A stretch of DNA of 64,000 nt from Chlorokybus atmophyticus (Eukaryota > Plantae > Mesostigma and Chlorokybus algae): positions 256,472 through 320,471 of the forward strand of contig RHPI01003330.1 of NCBI GenBank assembly GCA_009103225.1, written 5' to 3'. Numbering within the stretch: the first letter of the stretch is position 1; every line of letters begins with the position of its first letter. The position numbers and the translations under genes were made by a program. The notes beneath the pieces were generated by a model. The model was not told the DNA's origin. It ran no database searches and saw only the letters and a list, made by a program, of their open reading frames with translations. This document shows, piece by piece, positions 29,341 through 42,678 of the stretch.

Positions 29341-32300
29341 TCAAAGCTTAAAGAGTACTTGCTGTAAGAGGATGGCAAGGTAAGCATTTGTTGGTAAAAG
29401 TTGCTTTTATTTGAATTTGTGGTCCGGCCATCAGGCATGCATCACATGTGCGTTCTTGTATAAGATGCTTTGCCAACGTATGTTGCACATGCAGGTGCAC
29501 AGGCCCAGCACTTAGCAAGTCAGCGACGGACCACGGGGTAAGTGAAGATATGAGGATGGTAAGGTCGCCACCATTGAATATGTAATGGTGATGCGGGGAG
29601 CACTGCAAGTGCCCGCATGCATATTGTGGTATGCACCAGGCATTGCCACCTATGGGTATATCATTAACATCATTTATGAATAAAGATTGCCAACGTGTAA
29701 CTGCCTATGTCCAACGGATACTTACATGTTGTTGCCTACCGGCCGCTACTACAAAACCTAACGGGTATACTTTACTGGACGGCGCCAGTTGCACAGCTGG
29801 GAAAAGGCCAAGTACGTGGCTGCGGTTGCTATAGGTAGTTGGTTTTGTTAGCTAACGAGGCTCTAAGGTTGTGGCAGGTGCGTGTGTTTGCTGTCATTTA
29901 CTGCTTTGCTGCTACTGCATTCACTTGGTTGTCCTAGCCTAGGCCCCCTTGCCCCTAATGCTATGGCCAATGAGTTGATGTGAGCCAGCTTGTGTTTGAG
30001 TGTGTGGCGTGTGCTCGCGTGTTAGCAAGGACTGCATTGTACACAACTAGTTACCTGCCCCCTCACAGCTTCAGATTTATGCATAGCAAACATTAGAGTT
30101 GCGCGAAGCACACTCTGTGGGAAGGTGTGGTGCATGTAATGCAAGCAGTTGACACAGTAGCACAGCAGCAGCAATTGGGGTGGGGGCCCAAGCAAAGCTC
30201 ACAACCTACCACCACACATCCTACGGTAAGTGCTTCGGACAGTATCTTAAATTCAAACACTAAGTCTTTGACTGACTGTGGTGGTCACCAGCGGTCATTT
30301 TTGGCAGATGATGGCTTGTGTTGTAGCCATAAACAAGATGCGTCCAACGGGAAAAGTTAGTTAATAACGAGGTTATTATGGCGATAACAACGCGATTTTG
30401 CAGAAAATAATGAAACTTAAGCCGTTAAGGACAGCCTTTGGAATAGGTGTTCGCGGTGTTTTTAAGTTGTATCTGACTGCTTAGTTATCTATCAACGGCC
30501 CTTAAAAGATTAGTTAAATGGTAAAGTATGTCAAAAGTTATGGTGGAAATAGCTATTTCTCTGCTACCACCAACAGCAAGACACTGCCAATTTGCCCGCG
30601 TCCGAAGTTGGGCCAAGCTGCATTTTCGGCGTTTCACCACACCCTCACCTTTGAAAGGGTGTAGTTAATGCATACGTTAACCAAACCTTTGTTAATAAGT
30701 GTGACGGACAGTCGACTTGAAGGCCTTTCCAACAAGCTAGCACACTGCTCCATCACTCATGTATATCATAGCAAAAAAGCTATACTTAATTGGTATTCGA
30801 AATAAAGTACACTTACCCTGGACCAAGCTAGGACTTAACCCAAAAACCCTCAGGCAGCAAGCAGCAGCTGCAGAGCCTTGCTGAAATTTGTTTGGCTGCG
30901 TTTTAACACTTACAATATTAAACGGACGTAGCTCTGGTTAACGACTTGTAGTATATGGAAAGCTAACATGATTACTTATTGTTGGCTTTTGATGACAATA
31001 AGCGATTTTGCTATCATTGGTATCAGCCACGGAGATCGGCCCGGCTACTACCTATCGTCAATTGCGACATATTTCAAAGCCCGCAAAAGTGAATTTACTC
31101 TTGAAATGCTTTGAAGGTAACTCCGAAAACGTGATAAATGAGTCGTTGATCATGTTTATGCTAATCCACAATCAAATCGACTAATGTCCACAGCAAACGC
31201 CCCCTCTTCCCTCCCTCCCTTCCGTTTTCTCTCTCATCTCGCCATTTCAACAAGATGCATTATTGATACATAACTTTCATAGGAGTTGCTAAAAGTAAAC
31301 TCCTAAAGCGGAAAGGGGCCACGCAAGGCGCACGCTCACACATGTGCACAGCAAACAACAACTGCAATAATGAGACAGGGGCCGAGTATAGCTTGTATGT
31401 AACTAAACTAACGGACACCATGACCCTAAGGCAGCAGCAGCAAAGAACAGCAACGGTAGGGCAAGAGTAGGAGCATGCATGCAGATGGCAAGAGACGAGG
31501 CACCATCTGTAGCGCAGGAAAGATATATTTGGAAGTACTTACTATGGTTATAGAATATACTCTATAACAAGTAATATACTCTATAAGTATCGGTGTGATG
31601 ATTTAAAAGAATTGGTTAAGGTAAGTTTAAAGTGTGTTTACACCATAGTTTTGTTTTCACATTGCTTGAAATAACCAATAGCGTACACAAAACAACATTT
31701 CACATTCGTTTCGACACGTGATTATTTTTGCAACTCTCGCGCTTTCATTTTACCCAACCGTTGTACGCTCTTTAAGCTTGTGACATGCCTTTCGCAAATT
31801 AATGTGGTGTTTGTGAACGCATCATTGCCAATGAAAAATCAATACGCTTTAAGCAATGCTCGACTTGACACAATTTCTGCAGCGATGCCGTTGCCCTTCG
31901 TCTCTGACGGCGATTGTGCAGATGAAGCATACTTGTGCTTGTTTGCCAATACAATCACACACATCAATGTTCGCATTTAAAATATATAACAAATTAAAAC
32001 ATGCAACACTGAAAAACCTTATTTGTAAGGCAACATTGGATTGGTTTCATGCAAGTCATGTGCACCATAACAAGCTACAGGCATGCATATAATGATAAGA
32101 GCTATGCACTACAAGCTTATGCACACAAGAGCTGTATGCGAGCTTGTAAGAGGCTGTTGCATGTGTAATCTATGATAAGGGCAACTTTAGTTATTTTATT
32201 CCTACTCTCTGATAAAGCACTTTATCAGGTTTACAATAATAATACATCAATTCAACCGTGCACACCGTGGCGCCGTTAATTTCTCTCAGAGGAATGGTTC

Positions 32301-33497
32301 ATAAGTGCAAGGAGGATGGGCACCTTTACTACAAGGTGTAGGCCCTATTTACCCAATGCGTATTAGCTTGGACACATCTGTGTGCTTGGTAAGCAACAAC
32401 AGCAAGGATACAACTGCAACAACAAAAACCTCCCCCTACCCACCCTACCCTGACACTACTACCAAAGGGCCTCGGCAATGGGGTAAAAAAGCAAAAGAAA
32501 CAACGATGCGCCTATCTGCAGCAGCAGCAGGAGGGGTGGCAACGGTTGATGATGATACTTGCAGGGGAAGCATTGCATGCAACAAATGCTTTTATTGTTA
32601 GCAATCATGGTTGTTTTGTTTAAAAATGGATGATAATTCAAGATTCACTTGGAAATATTTTGCATTAGGTATTGTAAGAATGCAACATCAAGCGGCTTGC
32701 TGTGTGCAATTATAAGGTAGCAAGCCTGCATCATTCGTTTTGCAGGTTTTCCTGCTGGTTGTTACAAGTTTGATGGTGGCTTGTGCTTCTGTGTTGGCTG
32801 AGTATGAGTTTAAATGCATGTGTTTGCAATGCTATACTCTATTGTGTCATCCTAGCTCAATGTGTGTTGTTCTATGCATGTTTAAGCGAGACAAGTGTAA
32901 TGTATGCCGCTGTAGAGGTGTTTGATGTATTATAGTTGGAGTTAATCTGTCAATGCCTTCCGCTGCGCATGTATACTTTGCATGGCACGCTGCTTGCAAA
33001 TACAACCTAAGCACAAGGCTCATGAAGCATAAGGTCCCTTTGCCTTCAACTGTGAAGAGAGACCTGCAGCTTAAATGTCCCGCAGTCTTTCTAGCCAAGT
33101 GTTTCAAGCCAATGTATCCCATGCGTAATTCTCAACAATATTATTGCATAGCGGTTGTACTGCAAACATTTCTGCACAATTAGCACGAGAGTTCGCAACT
33201 GCACTATACAAACACAATGACACAGAACAACAATTTGTGATGTAGTATGTGGCTCCGCGTAATTCAAAGCCAGACTCAGCTTTAAGGCTTAGGCCAACTT
33301 CTGCAATTGTAGTGATCGTGAGTGCTGCCCACTGAACATCTACTGCTTTTGGCAGGCTTGCAGAACTGAACACTACTGCAGTTGTGACCCAGCATCAACA
33401 CTTGCAACTCCATGACTATGAGGAAGGACAGTCATGAGATAACACTGCGTTATCTTATCACTTGCTCAAACATTTGAGAAACACACAACCTTCCAAC

Positions 33498-36400
33498 CTA
33501 CTTTGCAGCCGTGCTTTGCAGTTCAGGCCTCGCCATGAGAGGGTCGCGCCCGCGCACCGTCACAAATGGTAGGCACCGCTCGCACAGCCAGTAGTGCTCC
33601 CACACGGAGCCAACCTTGGGCGAATAGTTCCAACAACGCTTGCATTTCTGCCCCTCCGCCTTGGCCACGCCCACTGTGACCGCTCCAACACCCTCAACTT
33701 CATCTGTCCGGCAGAACTCAGGACACTTGGCAGACACCTCATCTGAGCTGTCTACAATAGAGGCCTGTGCGATGGGAGGGTGTGTTGGGCAGGAACAGAT
33801 ACACATGCATATAGGCAGAAGCTTTGCGACATACACCAAACTATGCCTATAAGCACCCCAGACTGTACCTGCGAGGTGATGAAAATGTATCGCAGCTCAT
33901 CAACCTGGTTGCCACCTCCAGCTGTAGACGTCATGCTCTTGAGCTGCTGCAGCAAGTCTGCGTCTGCAACGTGCACAAACACTCGCGCTTCCAGTGACGC
34001 GCCAATCATCTTGGCCTCTCGTGCCAAGTCAAGTACTTTCAGGACTCGTTCCCTCACCTGTTGCACCCCACAATCAGACTAAGCACTTTGGTGTTGAAAC
34101 TCAAAAGGTAGCTATCCTCACCCAGAGCAAGCTCATACCGTTTTTAGTTTGGAAAAGAATTCCAGCTCAGACTGAGGCAAAGCCTGCCACTGCTCTGGGA
34201 CCTCAGCCCAGCCGGCCTCAAAAATTGAGTCAGGAGTTGGCCGATCCTGGCCATCAAACTGACCGCCAGGGAAAGGCAGCTTCTGCCAAGCGTCTTCTGC
34301 CATATGCGGCGTGATGGGTGCCAATGACCGCAGCATGCATGAAAGAATTGCTGCCAAGACCGTTTGACATGAGCGCCTGCCAACGCTAGCAGCCGACCTG
34401 AAACAACACACGTACCATGAATGATCGCGCTTGCATGCAGATACGGATGCATGCCAGTTTCTTACATTGTGTATAGCCTGTCCTTAGCAATGTCGAAGTA
34501 AAAGTTTGACAGCTCCACAATGCCAAATCGCTGCAAAGCTTGATTCAACCGGTAAAACTGGTGTTTGCTGTATGCGTCGTTCACTTCATCCATCAGAAGT
34601 GATAGTCGACACAGCATGTACTTGTCCATGCGAGGCAGCTGCTCATACTGGACCTTGTCTTTCAGTGGCTGCACACAGTGCGGCATTCAGCAACCATATG
34701 CAATGGACAACCCAATATTTGCAAACAACACTCACCTCATAGGTGTTGAGGTTGCCGAGCATGTAGCGCAACGTGTTCCTGTATTTGCGATAGCTCTCGG
34801 ACACCTGCTTGAGGATTCCAGGGCCGATGAGGACGTCTGAGGTGTAGTCCACACTCGCGACCCACAATCTGAGGCAGTCTGCGCCATACGCGGGCTGCTG
34901 CTTCTGATTGCTACCACCGTTGATTACAAGCAGAGGGTCCACTACGTTGCCCAGCGACTTGCTCATCTTCTTGCCGGCCTCGTCCAGCACGAAACCGTGC
35001 GTCAACACTGCCTTGTAGGGTGCAACCCCGATCGTGGCCACAGCGGTGAGCAGCGACGACTGGAACCAGCCTCGGTGCTGATCGCTTCCCTCCAGATACA
35101 AGTCCGCGGGCACGTTCATGTTCTTGCGCTGCGCAGAAACAGCAGCCCAGGAAGACCCTGCCACATACATGAAACGTTAGTTGGGCGTAAGAGAGCATCC
35201 CCAAAGGCATACGGCATGCATAAGCAGTGGTTCTCATGACAACCAGTGGGACACACGCCACAACAATTGCACGGCACACAAGCCTGATGCAGACAAAGGC
35301 CAGTACTGCATACCTGAGTCAAACCAGACATCCATAGTATCCATGCCCTTGTCATACATGTCGGCTTCCGAGCGGTACGGCTCTGGCAACAACTCCGCAA
35401 CAGACCTGCACAAATCTGTTAAGCATGGTCTATCAACACCCAACCAAATATCTATCAACACAACTCAAGGGTGCGGTACCTTTCCCACCAAGCATCAGCC
35501 CCTTCCTCACGGACAATGTCTTGAACATGTCTGATAGTAACTTCATTCATCAATGGCTCCCTGGTTTCTTTGTGGTAGAACGCTGGGATCGGCACACCCC
35601 AGCTGCGCTGACGGGAGATGCACCAGTCTGACCGGCTTGTAGTCATTGCCGTGATGCGGTTCTCACCCTGCAGCAGTATCTCATACATCAGTGTCATGCT
35701 CCCGCTGCATACCAATGCAACAATACGTACTGCAGTCTGGAACTAGCCTGCTATGAAAAAGCTTCCATTACCTGTGAGGGGATCCATTGAACAGTGGATA
35801 TGGCAGCGAGTGCAGCTGGCCTGAAGCCTTCGACTGATGCAAACCACTGCTCGGTAGCCCTGAAGATGGTCGGCTTCTTAGTGCGCCAGTCATACGGGTA
35901 CTTGTGTGCTGAAGCATTATTACATGGACACATGTTAGTTGGCTGGTTCTGCAAGATACTTATGCATATGTTAGAAGCTACATACCATACTTGTACTCCT
36001 TCAGCAGGAAGCCACTCTCCGCAAGCGCATCTATCACAGCAGCATTGCCGTCGCTCAATACATCCTTGCCAACAAACGGGCCTGCCTCCCTATATTATTG
36101 CACATCTCAAGAAGCAAAATCATGCGAGCAGGACCACTTCATACTATGATGCCACGGTGATCACTCACTCTGTGAAGCGGCCATCGTCGCCAACAGGAGA
36201 CAACAGAGGCAGGCCATATTTCTGGCCAGTAATATAATCCTCCTGACCATGGCCTGGTGCCGTGTGCACAAGACCGGTACCAGCTGCCGTGGTGATGTAG
36301 TCACCTCCAACCACTACTGAGCTGGTGCGTTCAAACAGCGGGTGGCGATACTGCATTCCTGTGAGACTGCTGCCTGACACCACCCCTTTGACTTCCAGGT

Positions 36401-39226
36401 TGACTCGCAACGTGCATGCAAGAGCTGGTACAAGGTCTTCCGCAACGATCAAATGTTGGGACTTCCAGCTGGCCGTGTCAACAATGACCTGGCCTTCATC
36501 GTCTGTCTTTGAGGACACCTCAACCACGGCGTACTTCAATCGGTCGTTGATTGCAATAGCTGCCAAGCAAACAGCACAATCAACAAACACAAATGGCAGC
36601 AAGCCCATGCAACTGTCCTCATTTATGGGTTGCTCAACTGTACAGCAAAAACATAAGGTACCAGCATTGGCAGGGATGGTCCAAGGCGTGGTTGTCCAGA
36701 TAGCAAGCGCAAGGTCTTCAGACTTGAGCTCCTCTGGAAATCCTTCTGGCATCATCTCCACTTGCATGGCAACATATACGCTGCGCGATGTGTGCCCATC
36801 TGGATACTGTCAAACTGAGTAAGTCTGCAGCAATGCATGAGGCGGAGAGAGCGCACACACAGCAGCGCATCGGGCGTGCCTTACCTCAAGCTCTGCCTCA
36901 GCAAGTGCAGTGCGCGAGGACGGGCTCCAGTGCACGGGCTTCAACCCACGGTATATGTGACCGTTTGCATACATTTTGCCAAACACACCAATCTGCAATA
37001 CGACACAAGTGCGCAGTAAGATTGTGGCCAAAAGCCAGTGCAAGCAAAACACTAACAGCGAGCTTGTGCGTTTTTACCTCTGCAGCTTCATAGATAGGCT
37101 TCATGGTCAGATAGGGTTTGTCCCACTCTGCGAGGATACCGTAGCGCTTAAACTGCTCCTTCTGCTCTTCAACGGTCTTTTGCGCAAACTCGGCAGCTTT
37201 CTTTCGGATGCCAACTGGAGTCAAGTTCTTTTTCTCCTCAGACTTGAGGGACTGCAAGACCTTCAGCTCGATGGGCAGCCCATGGCAGTCCCACCCGGGC
37301 ACGTATCGAACCTTGCGCCCTTGCAAGATCTGGTATCTGTTGATGAAGTCCTTCAAAACTTTGTTCAAGGCGTGGCCGATATGCAAAGAACCGTTTGCGT
37401 ATGGCGGGCCGTCATGCAGCGTGAACACTTCCTGACGGAACAGCGCATGTCAGAACTACTTAGCATAAAGAAACTACACTGATGTGCTTTGAAGTGAAAC
37501 AACACTTTTGTATTCATGCATCAGTGTCAAGCAAACTCATGACAATACAACTTTGCGACAACTGGAAAAAGCACTGACCCCAGTGGCGTTCTGATATAAG
37601 CGCTGATAAAGGCCAGACTCATCCCACCACTTCTGAATTTCCGGTTCCCTCACTGTCGAGTTGGCACGCAGGTCAAAGGACGTCTCTGGCAAGTTGACAG
37701 TCATCTTGTAGTCAATCTCCGGGGGCTCTGTGTCCACTTCCTCTTGAGCAAGCTGCGCATACAACTCGGATTCCACTGTGTCTGAGTACACGACATCTAG
37801 TCGCGAATCTGCAATGGCAACAATGTCGGTTGTCACACAAAAAGTACCACGATGTTGCACTGCGAGCTTAGCTGTGTAACTACGTCCACCAGGGCAGTAC
37901 ATTGACAAGTAAGTTGATCGAAGAGTGGACGAGGCGTAATATCGGACCATCACAACAACATCGCAACCTATACTTGCTACAAGCACCTTGACCGGCCAAA
38001 TGGATGACGCAACAGTCGTAAACTATTAGCTGCTCTAGCAAATGCTGACTTTGTGTGAGGGGACTGACATTGCACTCCACCAACCCACCTGCCGGCGCTG
38101 GCTTGCCCAGTTTCAACTCAATCCTTTGCCCCTTCTGCTGCTCGCGCCACTGCTCCATCTGTTCGGCATAGTCATCATTTGACTCAACAGCCTCCAGCAG
38201 CTCACTGCCAGCCAGAAGCCAACTCAATGTGTCTGTTGTCATGTAGTCGATAGTGACATGACTTGATGGCTGCATAGCCCAACAAAGCAAGGCCGGCTCG
38301 CATTGCATGGATGCAATTCGAGGCCGTGCATGTTGGCTGAAAGGACCAAGCACCGTTCATACTTGTCGTAGGAATCAAGAAGACAAACCTAGACTAGTGA
38401 CTGGCAATCCCTGGCCCACCAAGCACCGTAACCTACACCAAGCAACACTTGATGTAGGTTACGAGGCTGGATCAAGCTGCTATAGCGCATGTCACACACC
38501 CACCACGCCTGTCTCGTTACATTATTCAGATTGTTTTCATTTGCATGACTCTGTCAACTCACAAATGCTGGGGAAAAGTCGTAATGCATGCGTTGGCGTG
38601 AAACCAACAACGTGCTGAACTTCTGATTATAAGCGCATGCAGCTGAATCGGAAACACTAGTCAGGGAATCACGTCGCCTGTTTCCTTACTGGCAACGATA
38701 GCGACAATTCTCAACAAACTTAGCACTTGGACCAGATCTGTCTGCAAGCACTCGGACAGCATGCTGCGGAAGTGCATTGTGTTTACTCCCATCCATGAAA
38801 CGCACTACCCACCTGATGGCGGGCTCGTCAGCCTCGCCAGCGGGGACGCCTGTGGCGACGCCTGCAGCGCCATCGTTCTCCTCAGTAGTCGACATGCACC
38901 GCAGCTGTGCGCAGCGTGGGCGGCGCGCCAGTCCATTGTAATGCACCCCTGGAAGCTGCCGCCTAGCACGGGACCTCACGGAAGCCTGATTGCACAATGC
39001 ACATTGTGCATTGGCACAATGCACAATGTGGGCAGAAATTCACACACCTTCTGACAGTGGTATTCCAAACAACTGAAGCAGACATTACCGCAAGTGATGT
39101 GGATGCCCGCAATTGCGTGCGCCTAATCGCAGCTTGGCTGCTGACGCAGCGCTGGTGTGCTTGCTTCAGCACTGGGCACAGCAGCCTGCCGGCGGCGACA
39201 GCGGCGGCGGCGCTCGTCGCTGCCAT
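33498..39226 (-). CDS. ileS: Organellar (bacterial-type) isoleucine--tRNA ligase with transit peptide; many exons
   Basis: [12 protein letters not shown], [16 protein letters not shown] (HIGH), [45 protein letters not shown] and a C-terminal Zn knuckle KCKRCWNY...CERC. The start could also be the ATG at 39352. Confidence 0.96.
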
Positions 39227-39388
39227 CGGCGCCAACTGTAGCTGCGCAGCTGACAATGAGCAGCCACTCCGCACGCTCAACCCGCTAGTAGCCACCCATC
39301 GCCGACCCGCGCCGGCGGCAACGGCGGCGACGACGCTATACACGGCAAGCATGCCACCGCCAATGCCCTGGCCGCAAACACCCGTCAG

Positions 39389-39413
39389 CCCTAACCCCAA
39401 GCCCTAACCCTAA
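39389..39413. promoter_or_regulatory. Telomere-like CCCTAA repeats (telo-box-like) near the IleRS 5' end
   Basis: ccctaa ccccaa g ccctaa ccctaa lies just upstream of the IleRS ORF. Confidence 0.45.
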
Positions 39414-40031
39414 GGCAGTTACAAATGACCGAGATGTTGATCCATCCGATTCCAACTTGATTTACTGTAAATCACAGGCAGTGAATCACTGGGGCTGAAT
39501 GTTGGTCTGATTTGTGTTTGACATCGTCTCCGTTAGGCGGCGGCGCTGCGGAGTCGTCAGCACAGACTCGTAAACTGTGGTCAGGCAGGAAACCGAGGCA
39601 GCGCCTGCGTGGACCATCGTGTGCCCAGAGATGGCGTGACGAGGGAGGCTGAGCCGAGAAGGTCAGCGTCACGCTTGAGTGCCGTCACGGGTTGGGGCTG
39701 GAGCTTCCTGCAGTGTGGAAGCTTTTGGCTACCTTACAGACATGCTGGCGATGTTAGCGGCACTGTCGCTGCCGTTGTTGACGCCGTCGGCTTCGTCGTC
39801 GTGCTGTCTGCGCTGCAACGCAAGCCTCATTGCTGCTGAACAAGGTGGCGTGTACAGCATACAGGCATTGTGTGTCTGCTTGGGCGGTGATCCGGCAGCG
39901 GCCGACCATCATGGGCCGGCGCTGAGGCGGCTTTCTTGCGGAGAAGAGGTGGCTCATTGTCTAGGGATTGGCCCCTCCTACTGCCCTGTTCATCAGTCTA
40001 GCATAGATTGCCTGCGTCTGCTCCCCCTAGC

Positions 40032-42388
40032 ATGAAGCGCAGCAAGTCGGATGGTGCAATGGAAGGCTCCTCGCCTGCGCTGCTGTCGCTTGCAGCCCCG
40101 CTTTCCGCTGGGCTGTACGCTTTCATGGCCATATCCATGGTGAGCACGGCCGATTGCTTTGTGCTCGGGTGTTGTTTTGTTCGCAAACCAAAGTTTTGTT
40201 GCAGGAAGCAATGCCTTTCGTGCCTTGCATGCGATGCTTCCATGCATGCTTGTTGCTAGCATCCGTTGCAGGCATTGCTTGCGTGCATGCTTCCATAAAG
40301 CATTAAGCACGGAAGGAAAGCCATGCTCTGCACGTGGCAATGATTTGTACCAAGACATGCCCCCCCNNNNNNNNNNNNNNNNNNNNNNNNNNNNNNNNNN
40401 NNNNNNNNNNNNNNNNNNNNNNNNNNNNNNNNNNNNNNNNNNNNNNNNNNNNNNNNNNNNNNNNNNNNNNNNNNNNNNNNNNNNNNNNNNNNAACACATG
40501 TGTACATATACAGGCTCGATACGCACACACGCACACACGCGCACACATACGCATCTGCTGTTACCCACTCTCACCCACTCCAACACCCGCAGGAGGCCTC
40601 AACAGCCAACGATGACTCCCCCGCCCCTCATGCCCCCAAGTCCAAGTCCAAGTCCAAGCCCAAGCCCAAGTCTTCCCCCCCCCGGTGTTACTTGTGCATG
40701 CAGCCTTGTTAGAGCTTTCTTGCAAGGTGGTGGCTGACAGTTATCAGACAGCGCACGTGTCAGTGCAATGACTGCGACTTGAGCTATGGTCTTGTCCCAT
40801 TGTGCACGAACTGTACGTCTGCATGCAGGCCTTCTTTAATAAAGCCGTGCTGACTGTGCACAAGTTTGACCACCCGAACTTCCTCTTGCTGCTGCAAATG
40901 GTGGTCGCCTTGCTTACTGTCTATGCATTGAAGGTGAGCCAAGCAACTGCTGCCTGAGTAACGTGTAACAACAGGGATTGTTATGTTACCGACCCTTATG
41001 GTTGCATGCTTTGTCACAGACCATTGGCACATTGCGGTTGGAGCCGTTCACACGACAGCGTGCACGCGCGTTGGCACCAGTTGCCATCTTGTATAATGCC
41101 AATGTGGCGTTTGCACTGGCATCGCTATCGTCACTTAACATCCCGATGTACAATGTGTTGAAGGTGAATGGCTTGTAGTGGTGCACAATTCTGCTCATGT
41201 TCTTGAACGCGATGTACAAGGGTTGATGGTGGGCGTGTGGTTTGTGCGATCAGAGGCTGACGCCATGTGTGGTGCTTGCAATGGGTGGCTTAGTGGATCG
41301 CAAGCTTCCCTCACGCAACGTGTCGCTGTCTGTGATGGTCACGGTGTTGGGCTGCGTTGTTGCTGGCATCGGCGATCTTGCATTTGACCTCAAAGGGTGA
41401 GTGAACTATGTGCATGTTAAATGTAAACTGTTGCAAGCAGTGTTGTGAAAGCGCTTCAAACAGTTGTTTTCCACAGGTATGCCTTCGCTTGTATGAGCTG
41501 CCTGCTTCAGGTAAGTGCAAAAGCTTTCTGACGGGTGCAGTTGTGTTGCTGGCCTCCCTACATGGCCTTAAACAACATGCTTGTGTTGCAGTCCGCGTAC
41601 TTGTTGTGCGTGCAGAAGACTGGTGTTGAAAAGGGCATATCTTCCTCCACTCTGCTTGCGTACAATGCATTGCTGTCCATACCACCGCTGTTTGTCATTG
41701 CCGCCGCTACTGGAGAGGTAAGAGTTTATTGATTGTCAACATGGTATGCACGTGTGTTTGGTTACTAACATGGCATTTGCACCCCCCACAGTTGTCCACA
41801 GCAATAACCGCCTTGCGCCTTCCTCACAGTGTTGGATTTTGGTTTGCGCTTATTATGACTGTGGTAAGCATAGGATTGCAGGCTCATCCCAAGTCTGTGT
41901 TGTAGATGACAATGTGATGACTCTCAACTAACGGTGGTTTACTGCAGGCTGGCGGCATGCTGCTGAACTACGCTCTGTTCTTATGCACACTGCTCAACTC
42001 AGCCTTGACCACAACCATTGTTGGTGTGCTGAAGGTGGGTAGTTTCGTTTGTTCTTCATCAGCTTGCCGTCAGTATTTGTTCACTTGCGTGCTGTCAGCA
42101 ATGTTGCGTTGTTGTCTTGCCGCAATGCTTTACCGTGATAATGTTGTTGTAACATGTCTGTTGTTTGCTCAGGGTGTCATTGCCACAGCGTTGGGTTTTG
42201 TTCTGCTCGGCGGTGTTCAGGCTACGGCCCTCAACATTGCGGGCGTCGCCATGAACACAGTCGGAGGCGTATGGTACACGTACCTGACCTACCGAGAGAA
42301 AAAGCAGCGCTCTAAGCAAGCGGAGAAGCTGGAGCCTGCGGCGGAGCCGCTGTTGCAAAAGAGACCCAACGCGCATGCCGCTGTATGA
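40032..42388 (+). CDS. Nucleotide-sugar transporter, UTR7/SLC35D-like; multi-exon
   Basis: ...AISM|AFFNKAVL, FALASLSSLNIPMYNVLK|RLTP, GCVVAGIGDLAFD, NYALFLCTLLNSALTTTIVGVLK|G and GGVWY are typical of plant UTR7 and SLC35D transporters. Confidence 0.85.
40367..40492. other. Assembly gap (N run) in intron 1 of the transporter gene
   Basis: 126 N. Confidence 1.
40493..40676. repeat. 184-bp copy identical to 60670-60853
   Basis: Direct comparison shows the same sequence from aacacatgtgtacatatac to cccaagtcttcc (offset 20177). Confidence 0.95.
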
Positions 42389-42678
42389 CAGCAGTGCTGA
42401 TGTTGTAGCTATGTTTATACAGACGTGCATGTTGCCCAAAGCCCATGTGGATGTCTTAGTGTTATGACTAACCGTAAATGTTGTAGCAGCAAGGTTGGAC
42501 ACCGTGCGCAGCACTGCCCTTGCAGAGCATACAATGTGGACATGTTGAAACAATCTTTGCAGCTACGCCTAATTCATATCGACGCGTGCGGCGCTTAAAG
42601 CGGGAGAGAATATTACATCTGAAGTTGAGCTTTACAAGTGACAGCCATTTACAGCTATCTCTACCAAGAGCGCGCTGT

